A stretch of 64,000 bases of DNA from an uncultured Synergistaceae bacterium. Its GTDB lineage: Bacteria; Synergistota; Synergistia; Synergistales; Synergistaceae. This document shows, piece after piece, positions 1 to 9,400 of this stretch (position 1 is its first letter; every line of letters begins with the position of its first letter). The notes below the pieces were generated by a model. It did not search any database, was not told the DNA's origin, and saw only the letters and a list, made by a program, of their open reading frames with translations. The position numbers were made by a program, and so were the translations under genes. The stretch lies in contig CAZNYN010000006.1 in the NCBI GenBank assembly GCA_964577295.1, positions 2,790 to 66,789 of the forward strand, read 5' to 3'.

Positions 1-185
1 TAAAACAAAATCAGGTCTCGCCGATTATGTCAGTTGAAAATGCTTTTACATTGTAATTTCAAAAGTTGAAAAATACAAACCGTATTTGTACAAAAAATAC
101 CATGATCAAATCTCTGCATTTTACGCTTCATACATGTTATACTTGACTTTTGTAAACACTTTATTTTCGGGAGGAGTCATCCTTT

Positions 186-563
186 ATGCTGAGTTTTTTG
201 GCTGTCGGCATGGGCGGCTTTATCGGAGCCTCAATGCGCTACGCAATGAACTTCATTCCGCTCTTTTCTCTTATCAACTTTCCGGCGGCAACATTACTGA
301 TAAATTTTTCCGGTGCTTTGATGATTGGTATGGTGACGGCATGGTCGGAACATTTTGATAACACAGGGGCTCTCACTGTATTGTTTTTAAAGACCGGGCT
401 CTGCGGCGGATTCACTACTTTTTCTACTTTCTCATTGGAGACCATGGATCTGATAGGAAGCGGACGTATCGTTGCCGGTGTCTCCTACGCACTGTTAAGC
501 GTTATTTTGTGCCTATTTGCCATATATATCAGCAGGCCGACATTTAATATGATGTTTGCGTAG
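186..563 (+). CDS. crcB: Fluoride ion channel CrcB/FluC
   Basis: 125-aa multi-TM ORF with the CrcB signature GGFTTFSTFS. A GGGAGGAG RBS lies about 9 nt upstream of the ATG. Confidence 0.85.
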   Translation: MLSFLAVGMGGFIGASMRYAMNFIPLFSLINFPAATLLINFSGALMIGMVTAWSEHFDNTGALTVLFLKTGLCGGFTTFSTFSLETMDLIGSGRIVAGVSYALLSVILCLFAIYISRPTFNMMFA

Positions 564-651
564 ATTTGCATAAATACCCTTGCACATTGCATTCCATGAC
601 GGGAAAATAACTAAAAAGCAACTATGTTTTTTAAAATTGGGAGGAACATAC

Positions 652-2496
652 ATGACAAATAATAAAGCAGATAAAAGCAGCGCCGAACTTGAACTTGGAA
701 GTGGGGCTGTGCTTCCCGAAAGAGAAAGTGTACCGGATGCGTACAAATGGAAGTTAAGTGATATTTACGAAACCGAAGAGTCCTGGGAAGAGGGATTTAA
801 ACTCCTCAAAAGCCGCACCTCGGAAATATCATCATACATGGGCAGGCTCGGTGAAGGCGCCGATGTGCTGCTGGAATGCCTCACACTGCGTGACAGCCTC
901 TCTATATTCCTCGGCAAGCTGATTGTCTATGCTCACATGAAGAGCCACGAAGATACGACAAAGTCAAAATATCAGGGACCGGCGAGCAAAGCCTCATCCC
1001 TGGCTGTGGAGTTTTCAGCGGCAGCCAGCTTTATAACTCCAGAATTGTTGGCTCTATCCGAAGAAACACTTGCAGACTATATAGCTAATCCCGCTCTTTC
1101 GGATCACGCCTTTGCCCTTAAAGAACTGTTACGTCAGCGTGCTCACATTCTCACACAGAAGGAAGAAGCTATACTTGCAAAGACTGGCGACATGGCAGGC
1201 ACTGCGGACAATGCTTTTTCAATGCTTACAAACGCCGACATGAAGTTTGAATCCATAAAGGATGAAAATGGACAGACTGTAGATATGTCCGAGGAAAGGG
1301 CCGTATCCTATCTGCGCTCACCAAAGAGAAAAGTGCGCAAGGCCGCGTTTGACTCTCTTTATAAACCCTATGCGGAGATGAAAAACACGCTTGGCGCAAC
1401 ATTTGACGGAATGCTGAAATCAGCCAAATTTTATGCCGAAGTAAGGAATTACTCTTCCCCTCTCGAAGCGGCACTGGACGGAGACAACATACCGACTTCC
1501 GTATATGACAGACTTGTTGATACACTTGAGAGCAGCTTGGAGCCTATGCACAGATACATGGCTATCCGCAAAAGAGTCTTAAAGGTAAAAGAGCTGCACA
1601 TGTATGACCTGTACACACCTCTTACATCAGACCCTTACAAGGATATTTCATGGACAGACGCTAAAGGCATGATGTATGAAGCTCTCGCACCTCTGGGAGA
1701 AAAATATATCGAACAGATAAAAAAGGGACTGGACGAAGGATGGGCAGACGTATTCCCCAATAAGGGCAAACGAAGCGGTGCATATTCATGGGGCAGCTAC
1801 GCCACACATCCTTACATATTTATGAATTACACAAACAGTTTAAACGATGTATCCACTCTCGTTCACGAAATGGGACACTCAATGCACAGCTTCTATTCAA
1901 GAGAAAATCAGCCCTATGCCACGGCGGACTACTGCATATTCACGGCGGAAGTGGCCTCCACAACGAACGAAGTGCTATTCCTGAACCACTTGATATCACA
2001 AACCGAGAACAAAAAGAAAAGACTCTATCTCCTCAACAGAAGGCTTGAAAATATCAGAACAACAGTCTACAGACAGACAATGTTCGCCTCGTTTGAAAGA
2101 GAAGTCCACAGGCGCGCGGCATCGGGAGAGGATACGACTCCTGACGCTCTCTGCACTCTCTGGTATGAACTGAACAGAAAGTATTACGGAGAAGATATCG
2201 TAATTGACGATGCTCTGAAAATGGAGTGGGCGAGGATTCCCCATTTTTACAGTCCGTTCTATGTCTACCAGTATGCAACCGGATTCTCGGCAGCGACGGC
2301 CCTTGCCTCGGGAATCTTGGAAAAAGGCGAGAGCGCCCGCGAAAAATATCTGCATTTCCTAACAAAGGGCGGCTCTGACTATCCGATAAATCTTTTGAGA
2401 GATGCCGGAGTCGATATGAGCACACCGGAGCCCGTCGAAAAAGTTATCCGCATATTCGAAGAAACATTGACCGAGACAGAAAAACTTTTGGCATAA
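652..2496 (+). CDS. pepF: Oligoendopeptidase F (M3B metallopeptidase)
   Basis: Zinc motif VHEMGHSMH and PepF-like length. I chose the internal ATG at 652, which is preceded by GGGAGGA, rather than the track start at 580. Confidence 0.88.
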   Translation: MTNNKADKSSAELELGSGAVLPERESVPDAYKWKLSDIYETEESWEEGFKLLKSRTSEISSYMGRLGEGADVLLECLTLRDSLSIFLGKLIVYAHMKSHEDTTKSKYQGPASKASSLAVEFSAAASFITPELLALSEETLADYIANPALSDHAFALKELLRQRAHILTQKEEAILAKTGDMAGTADNAFSMLTNADMKFESIKDENGQTVDMSEERAVSYLRSPKRKVRKAAFDSLYKPYAEMKNTLGATFDGMLKSAKFYAEVRNYSSPLEAALDGDNIPTSVYDRLVDTLESSLEPMHRYMAIRKRVLKVKELHMYDLYTPLTSDPYKDISWTDAKGMMYEALAPLGEKYIEQIKKGLDEGWADVFPNKGKRSGAYSWGSYATHPYIFMNYTNSLNDVSTLVHEMGHSMHSFYSRENQPYATADYCIFTAEVASTTNEVLFLNHLISQTENKKKRLYLLNRRLENIRTTVYRQTMFASFEREVHRRAASGEDTTPDALCTLWYELNRKYYGEDIVIDDALKMEWARIPHFYSPFYVYQYATGFSAATALASGILEKGESAREKYLHFLTKGGSDYPINLLRDAGVDMSTPEPVEKVIRIFEETLTETEKLLA

Positions 2497-2497
2497 A

Positions 2498-3091
2498 ATG
2501 CAGTGGGCCGCGTTTCTCACATTCGTCCTTACAGCCTGCTATACACCCGGCCCCAATATCATACTGGCGATGAATACGGCGAGGCTCTTCGGCTTTAAAA
2601 AAACTCTCCCTCTCATGGTCGGCATGACAGGCGGACTCTTTGTTGTAATGACGCTTAATGCTTTTGCAAATATCTTCATAGGAAAATATATACCGAGCCT
2701 TCTGCCAGCTCTTAGGACAATAGGCTCGGTGTACCTTCTCTATTTGGCGTGGAAGATGGCGTTCCCAAGCAAAAAAGCCGCAAATGAAACCTGCCTTGAC
2801 AGCAGAGTTCCAAAAATAGCAGACGGATTCACACTGCAATTTCTAAACCCCAAAGTCATATTATTCGGACTTACATCAATGTCGACTTTCATAGCCCCAT
2901 GGGCATCGTCACGCGCGCCCTTCTTTCTGTGCGGGCTATTCCTTACCGTAAACTGTGCCGTAGCCTTTACTTTATGGGCTCTCCTCGGCACAGCTCAGGG
3001 CCGTGCCCCAGGCGGACAGAGCAGAGCAATGGGCGTAGTTATGGGAATGGCTCTTGCATGGTGCGCACTTTCCGTATCCGGAATATTTTGA
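2498..3091 (+). CDS. LysE/RhtB-family amino-acid exporter
   Basis: 197-aa hydrophobic protein with the N-terminal YTPGPN motif typical of LysE-type translocators. Confidence 0.75.
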   Translation: MQWAAFLTFVLTACYTPGPNIILAMNTARLFGFKKTLPLMVGMTGGLFVVMTLNAFANIFIGKYIPSLLPALRTIGSVYLLYLAWKMAFPSKKAANETCLDSRVPKIADGFTLQFLNPKVILFGLTSMSTFIAPWASSRAPFFLCGLFLTVNCAVAFTLWALLGTAQGRAPGGQSRAMGVVMGMALAWCALSVSGIF

Positions 3092-3117
3092 TTTTACAAA
3101 ATTTTTAATTTTAGATA

Positions 3118-3147
3118 TTGAACTTTTCGCAGAGGATAGTTTATAAT
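3118..3147 (+). promoter_or_regulatory. Putative sigma70-type promoter for carbamate kinase
   Basis: TTGAAC (3118-3123), an 18-nt spacer, then TATAAT (3142-3147), about 60 nt upstream of the arcC ATG. Confidence 0.4.
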
Positions 3148-3207
3148 AGTAAAAGCTAATTTTGCCATTTTGTATGAAAATCAAAAATATAAGGAGAGTG
3201 CTTTCTC

Positions 3208-4170
3208 ATGGGTTCAAAGGACACAAAGGTTGTAGTGGCACTTGGAGGCAATGCGCTTCAGGAATCCGGATCACCGGCAACAGCGGAAGCTCAGCTTGAG
3301 GTTGTACGCAAGACATGCGAATTCCTTGCGGACATTAATTTAAAGGGATATGAAATGGCCATAGTCCACGGCAACGGCCCTCAGGTCGGACGCATTGCCC
3401 TTGGACAGGAGCTTGCAGCCAAACACGACCCCAAACTTCCGGCAATGCCGTTTGACGTCTGCGGAGCGATGAGCCAGGGATACATCGGCTACCAGATTCA
3501 GCAGTGTCTTCGCGACGCACTCAGAAACAGAAACCGCAATGTTCCGGTCGTAACTCTCGTTTCTCAGGTTGTTGTCGATGAAGACGACAGCGCTTTCAAG
3601 AATCCGACAAAGCCTATAGGCCCCTTCTACTCCGAAGAAGAAGCTAAGCAAATCGCAGAAGAAAAAGGCTATACAATGAAGGAAGATGCGGGCCGCGGAT
3701 GGCGCCGTGTCGTAGCCTCGCCGAAACCCAAAAGAATAGCAGAAATAGACTCCGTAAAACGTCTGTGGGATTCCACAATAGTCATAACAGCGGGCGGCGG
3801 CGGTATTCCTGTAATCGAAAATATGGACGGATCTCTGACCGGTGTGGCGGCTGTTATCGATAAAGACCTCGCAGCGGAGCGTTTGGCGGAAGACATGGAG
3901 ACCGATGTACTTCTCATTCTTACGGAAGTCGACAAAGTCTGCCTCAACTTCAACAAGCCCGACCAGAAAGTGCTCGACCATATCACGGTATCCGAAGCCA
4001 TACAGTATATAGAAGAGGGACACTTCGCCCCCGGGAGCATGCTTCCGAAGATTATGGCGGCAGTGAAATTTGCGCGCCGCTTCCCCGGCAAAAAAGCAAT
4101 CATCACATCGCTCTACAAAGCAGTGGACGCGCTTGAAGGAGATGCCGGAACAGTAATAACAATGGCATAG
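3208..4170 (+). CDS. arcC: Carbamate kinase
   Basis: N-terminal VVALGGNAL and HGNGPQVG motifs, 320 aa, AAGGAGAG RBS. Confidence 0.9.
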   Translation: MGSKDTKVVVALGGNALQESGSPATAEAQLEVVRKTCEFLADINLKGYEMAIVHGNGPQVGRIALGQELAAKHDPKLPAMPFDVCGAMSQGYIGYQIQQCLRDALRNRNRNVPVVTLVSQVVVDEDDSAFKNPTKPIGPFYSEEEAKQIAEEKGYTMKEDAGRGWRRVVASPKPKRIAEIDSVKRLWDSTIVITAGGGGIPVIENMDGSLTGVAAVIDKDLAAERLAEDMETDVLLILTEVDKVCLNFNKPDQKVLDHITVSEAIQYIEEGHFAPGSMLPKIMAAVKFARRFPGKKAIITSLYKAVDALEGDAGTVITMA

Positions 4171-4185
4171 AAAAAAACATAAAAT

Positions 4186-4239
4186 AAAAAATCGGCGGAA
4201 GAAAATCGCAGTTAAATGATTTTCTTCCGCCGATTTTTG
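4186..4239. terminator. Bidirectional intrinsic terminator between convergent arcC and the AEC transporter
   Basis: Perfect 17-bp stem ATCGGCGGAAGAAAATC / GATTTTCTTCCGCCGAT with a 10-nt loop. It is flanked by an A-run on the left and a T-run on the right. Confidence 0.8.
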
Positions 4240-4253
4240 TATAGCCGCAAAAT

Positions 4254-5201
4254 TTACGGAGCTATGCCGAGCACGTATGTCCAAAACGGTATGGATAAGA
4301 CTCCCAGAACCGTTGTCGCAGCGACAAGGTCAGCCGCATATTCGGCATCCATATCCATCTCTTTTGCCAAAATGAAGCAGTTGACGGCGGAAGGCATGGA
4401 GCTGAGCATGACAGTAGCCTGCATAAGAGGTCGAGGCACAGGGAAAATCATCAGCATAAAAAACATTATCGCTGGATGAACGAGCAGCTTTATGACAGAA
4501 TCGGCAAATGTGGACTTAAGCATTTTAAGCACCTTGCCTATCCTTGAAAGATCAAGTGTACCTCCCAAAGCAAGAAGGGCTACTGCCGTGGCGGCATTGC
4601 CCATAAGCTTCATGGCTTCATCTGCAAAACCCGGGAGCTTGTCAAGCCCGGTCAAAGCAAGTGCTATCCCTGCGCAGCATGAGATTATGAGGGGATTAAG
4701 CGCAAGTTTTTTCAGTATCTTCCTCAGAGCATCGCTGCTCAGTTTTCCAAAACTGGCAGTCTCTCCTGCCATTACGGAAAAGAGCTGAAATGATATCGTG
4801 CTGACTGCCAAGTAGACAGAGGCGTTGTGAAGCCCGGCATCTCCCATGGCAAGGTACATTACAGGAAACCCGAGATATATATTGTTTGAACGAATGCAGG
4901 CAAAGGCCGATACGGATATGCGCCTGCCGTCGCCTTTGTGAAAAAAGAACGCGGCTCCGGCCCAAGATGCGGCTATTGTCAATATGTAGCAGATATTCAG
5001 CGATAGCAGAAGGTTGGGCTGAGAGAGAACTTCCCTTCCCGATATGAAGGTCGTGCGGAAGAGCAGAGGGGGCAATATAACCCAATACAGAGTTTTTGTA
5101 AGAGTTTTTATATCATCCTTATTGTAAAAGCCAAACGCACGCAGCAGATTGCCTGCGGCAATAATGGACATCAAAGGCAGAACAAGAAAAAAGCCGAACA
5201 T
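4254..5201 (-). CDS. AEC (auxin efflux carrier) family transporter
   Basis: 315-aa polytopic membrane protein with an AEC-like N-terminus (LPLMSIIAAG...VILPPLLF). GAGGGTG RBS. Confidence 0.7.
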   Translation of the reverse strand: MFGFFLVLPLMSIIAAGNLLRAFGFYNKDDIKTLTKTLYWVILPPLLFRTTFISGREVLSQPNLLLSLNICYILTIAASWAGAAFFFHKGDGRRISVSAFACIRSNNIYLGFPVMYLAMGDAGLHNASVYLAVSTISFQLFSVMAGETASFGKLSSDALRKILKKLALNPLIISCCAGIALALTGLDKLPGFADEAMKLMGNAATAVALLALGGTLDLSRIGKVLKMLKSTFADSVIKLLVHPAIMFFMLMIFPVPRPLMQATVMLSSMPSAVNCFILAKEMDMDAEYAADLVAATTVLGVLSIPFWTYVLGIAP

Positions 5202-5224
5202 AAAAACACCCTCTCAAAATACTG

Positions 5225-5250
5225 ATAGCATGTATAATTATACATGCTAT
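5225..5250. promoter_or_regulatory. 26-nt perfect palindrome containing back-to-back TATAAT boxes (operator and/or divergent promoter core)
   Basis: ATAGCATGTATAATTATACATGCTAT is its own reverse complement. TATAAT reads on the plus strand at 5233-5238 and on the minus strand at 5242-5237. It lies between the divergent AEC and ComEC-like genes. Confidence 0.5.
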
Positions 5251-5276
5251 ATGAACAAAAATACGGAGGAGATCAT

Positions 5277-6167
5277 TTGAAAAAATATTCAAAAAACAGA
5301 CTGAAATATAAATCTCCTTACACAATCCTGATTATTCTTCTCTGCGCTGCTTTATTCAAGTTCGCAGCTCCCTATATTGAAAACACCGGAGAAATTGAGA
5401 AGGGAATTCTTACATTCCACGCCATTGATGTCGGACAGGGAGATTCCTTCCTCTTCACATTTCCCGAAGGTTCAACAATGCTTGTGGATGCCGGACCGGA
5501 AGATTCCGGTCCTAAAATAGTGCGTTACTTGAAAAAAACAGGTGTCAGGAAGATAGATATACTTGTAGCGTCCCATCCGCATTCGGATCACATTGGCGGA
5601 ATGCAGGAGGTTATGGATAATTTTTCCATAGGCAAAGTTTGGGATTCGGGCTATAACCACGGCTCAAAACTCCAGATAGATTTCTACAAACGGATAAAAG
5701 CCGAAAACATTCCTTTCGGAAGACCCAAAAGTGGCTTTCGCGAGAATATCGACGGGGCTGTAATAGAATTCATTGCTCCGCTGAGCGGAAAAAAGAGTAT
5801 CGGGAGCGATGCGAATAATAATTCTCTGGTTTTCCTCGTTAAATACGGCAATGTTAGCTTTCTGATGACGGGAGATATGGAGAAGGAAGAGAGAATGTCG
5901 GCGGGACGCTTTCCCAAATGTACGGTTCTCAAGCTGGCTCACCACGGAAGCTCAAACGGAACCGACAGACGTTTTTTGGGGCAGACAATGCCTGAATTTG
6001 CCGTTATAAGCTATGCAAAGGGCAACTCATACGGACATCCCCACAAAGAGACCGCAAGCACCGTTAAAAAGGCGGGAATCAGGCGCTTTGACACTGCGGA
6101 CGGGAGCTTCTGCTTCCGATCTGACGGCAAGACCGTCACATTCCCTAAAGATAGGCAGGTGTATTAG
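5277..6167 (+). CDS. ComEC/Rec2-related metallo-beta-lactamase-fold protein (MBL domain only, membrane-anchored)
   Basis: HAIDVGQGDS and ASHPHSDHIGG motifs plus one N-terminal TM segment. A TTG start at 5277 sits 5 nt after GGAGGAG; the track start at 5244 has no RBS. Confidence 0.75.
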   Translation: MKKYSKNRLKYKSPYTILIILLCAALFKFAAPYIENTGEIEKGILTFHAIDVGQGDSFLFTFPEGSTMLVDAGPEDSGPKIVRYLKKTGVRKIDILVASHPHSDHIGGMQEVMDNFSIGKVWDSGYNHGSKLQIDFYKRIKAENIPFGRPKSGFRENIDGAVIEFIAPLSGKKSIGSDANNNSLVFLVKYGNVSFLMTGDMEKEERMSAGRFPKCTVLKLAHHGSSNGTDRRFLGQTMPEFAVISYAKGNSYGHPHKETASTVKKAGIRRFDTADGSFCFRSDGKTVTFPKDRQVY

Positions 6168-6168
6168 T

Positions 6169-6393
6169 ATGGAAGAAAAATCTACTTCGGCATTTATAGA
6201 CTCCATGGAATTTGGAATGTGCACTCTGCTTCTGGGAGAAGAAAGTTTCCCAATAACTATTCCTTCTAAATTTATTCCTGCCAAGCTGCACGAGGGGGAC
6301 TATATGAGGCTCTGCTTTTCTCCTGCTCCCGACGCAAAACATAATGCCCTAGATGAAATTGAAAATTTATTGCGTTATTTTGATGAAAAATAA
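6169..6393 (+). CDS. DUF3006-like small protein
   Basis: 74-aa internal-start ORF beginning 1 nt after the upstream stop. The pattern IDSMEFG...LL...IPSKFIPAKLHEGDY matches my recollection of the DUF3006 profile, which commonly follows ComEC-type MBL genes. Confidence 0.55.
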   Translation: MEEKSTSAFIDSMEFGMCTLLLGEESFPITIPSKFIPAKLHEGDYMRLCFSPAPDAKHNALDEIENLLRYFDEK

Positions 6394-6495
6394 ATAATAA
6401 ATGCCGTAAAATAGTGTAAAATTTACAACAGGCGTTGCCGCCTCAAAATACGGTTATCTATTTTTCCCACATAGAATAACATCGAGGTTTTGTTG

Positions 6496-9400
6496 ATGAT
6501 AAAACGATTACCGACAAACATTAAAATATACATAGCCGCAATCATGGCTATTATTATACTTATGCTTTTCTTCTTCCAATATTTTTCCGAGACACTTCGT
6601 CTCACCGCAATTAAAGAGGAAGAGCGGCAGATGTTCTATGTTTCCAATTTTTCGGTTAATGTTGTTCGCAGCAGAATAGAACAGTACGGCCGATTTATGA
6701 GAACCACGGCAGGGCACATTGTTTCCATCGGCTTTAACAAAGAGAAATCGGCGAACTTTCTGCGCAATGTATCTCAAAGCACAGACTTCAAATATATGGA
6801 TATTATCTTCCCCGATGACAATCCAACACCTTCTGCGGATAATGTCTTTCCTTCCGGGAGTTCCAAAATATACGCCACGCCAAGAATAGGAACAATTACG
6901 ATAAAAGGCAAAGACTATTTGCACTTCTCATACCCTATCATTGAAAACGGCACAGTAAAGGCACAGATAAACGGTTATGTAGACGCTCATGAATCGCTTG
7001 ACACAAGCAGCAAGAACATCGTTCTCGGAAAAACAGAAATTATTTATTTTCGCTCAAACGGGGAGTATCTATTCGCGCAGAATAGCATAGCGAAACTTAG
7101 AAACGGCACAAATGTACTGGACTTTATACAGGGCAAAAAAAATGAAATGTCCGTGCCTTTAGAACATGTTTTGAACGCGATATCCAGCAGGCAGAGCCTC
7201 TCGCTCAAATTCAAAACAACCTCCGAGACGCGCCTTGCCCATATAGAGCCTGTAGGCGTGGAGGACTGGTATGTAGGTATTTTTCTTCCGGCGGGCATAT
7301 TAGAAAACAAAGTTAAATCTATAAAAGAAGATACTGTCAAACTGCTCAGCAACATAGGCATCATTCTGTTTTTATTTATTCTATATATCATATATATCGA
7401 AAGAAAGTCTCTCAAAGCAATACAAAACGCAAATAAAACGGCTGAGAATCTCATTGCCGGCATTCCCGGAGGAGTTTTCAAATGCAGAGCCGACAAGGAT
7501 TTTACCTATGAGCTTGTAAGCCAGGGGCTTGCCGATACAACGGGATACAGCACCCCCGCGGAACTTATAGAACAGCAGGGAAGCAGTTTTTGGAACAGCA
7601 TTCTAACGGAAGACAGAATACTGACACGCGCCACTATTATGAGCAGACTGCGCAGAGAGGGGCGTTTTGAGACAATCTACCGCATGAAAAAACATGACGG
7701 GGAGATTATCTATGTACTGTGCAAGGGAGGAACAATACAGGAGAACAGCGGAGATGAATCTGTATGCGCCGTAATCATAGATATAACAGAAACTCAGAAA
7801 ACTATCGAAAAGTTAATTATAAGCGAAGGCAAGTACAAAGCGGCGATAGCTCAGGCAGATATATATGTCTCTGAATACGACACTGCAACAGATGTACTGA
7901 TATCTTCCGACAAAGCTTCCGAGATGTTTGCAACACCGCATGTTATAAATAATTTTAAAAATTATCTGTCGGAAGTCATAAAAAAATATCCTGACTCCGA
8001 AGGTGTCAAAATATACGGGGACACTCTGTTCAAAGCTGTTCAGACAAAGGAGCAGACGGTTTGTTTCTACTCCCTGACATCTCTTGACGGCAAAAAACAC
8101 TATTTGAAGACAATATTTACTCACGTTGAGGACGACAGGGGCGGACTCTTAAAAATAATAGGAATATCGGAGGATATCACGGCATTAAAAAATGCGGAAT
8201 TAAAATATATAGAAACGCAGAAATACAAAGACACTATAGCAAAGCTGTATGAGCGCATATATGAGTATAATCTGACAAAAGGCACTGTGATACTTGGAGG
8301 AGAAAATTATTCAAACTATGCTGTGCCAAAGCAGATGGATTTGGATGATATCCGCGGCAGCTTCGTAAAACAGTATGTACACCCCGATGACAGACCTTTT
8401 ATCCTCAACATGCTTTCATTGCAGGGAGCGGAAGAGTATCTAAAAAAAGGCATGTCTGAATTTGATTACGATTATCGCTGCAAAGCGGCATTGGATTCGG
8501 AGATTTACACATGGAAAGCATCACATATTTCGATTTTTGTTGACCCATCCGACAAATCTGTCCATACAACATGGTTCGTAAAAGATATCACAGAGACAAT
8601 GACCCACAAAAAACAGCTTCTTTATCAGGCAGAGAGGGATCTGCTGACCGGTCTGTACAATAAAACCAGTACAGAGGAAAAAATAAGAGAAACAATCCGG
8701 AGCAACCCTGAAGGGCACTATGCACTGATAATGGCGGATATCGATAACTTCAAATCGGTGAACGATACGATGGGGCACTTGTACGGAGATACTGTCATCA
8801 TAGAATGCGCAAAAAAAATATCGGAAATTTTCAAAACAAACGATATTAAAGGAAGGACCGGAGGGGACGAATTTATAATATTTGCAGAAGAATGCAGCCT
8901 CTCTCAGAGCCAAATCAAGACGGCGGCTCTCTATGATGCGCTGAGAAAAGTTTATAACGATGAAGATTCACAGATAAATCTTTCCATAAGCTGCGGCATA
9001 TCATACTATCCTTCTGACGGACAAACTTTCGAGACACTTTACAACAAGGCCGACATCGCACTCTATCATTCCAAAGACTGCGGGAAAAACTGTGTAAGCA
9101 CCTATACGAAGTCCATGGGAGAGTCCATGGACGGGAGAAAAACATTCACACTGAAAAAAGAGAACAGACACCTAGCCGCGTATACATCACAGGATGTTTT
9201 TAAGACGCTTTGCAGAGCAAAAGACATAACGGCGGCTGTAGAATCATCTCTGAAGGCTCTTGCTGATAATTATGGATTTACAAGGTTACACGTCTTTTTG
9301 AAAGCAGAGAAAGACGGCACATGTACTAAAATTTTTGAATGGAATGCGCAGGGGCAACATAGCAGCGATGTGTACGGAAGTGCTTTGAAAAATGCTTCGA

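Noticed and set aside
1-185. A fluoride (crcB-motif) riboswitch was expected upstream of crcB.
   Set aside because: I could not find the conserved GGnGAUGG ... CUGAUGAUGCCUAC-type core or a convincing pseudoknot-forming arrangement. Only AT-rich sequence and a short TACAAA/TTTGTA inverted repeat are present. An Infernal scan would settle it.
580-651. N-terminal extension of the pepF ORF in the track (start at 580).
   Set aside because: It has no RBS, and the extension sequence (MHIAFHDGKITKK...) is not PepF-like. The ATG at 652 follows GGGAGGA.
3340-4284. 314-aa minus-strand ORF covering the carbamate kinase gene.
   Set aside because: It is an antisense shadow of a gene with unmistakable carbamate kinase motifs. 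Its sequence is low-complexity and Cys/Phe/Arg-rich, with no RBS.
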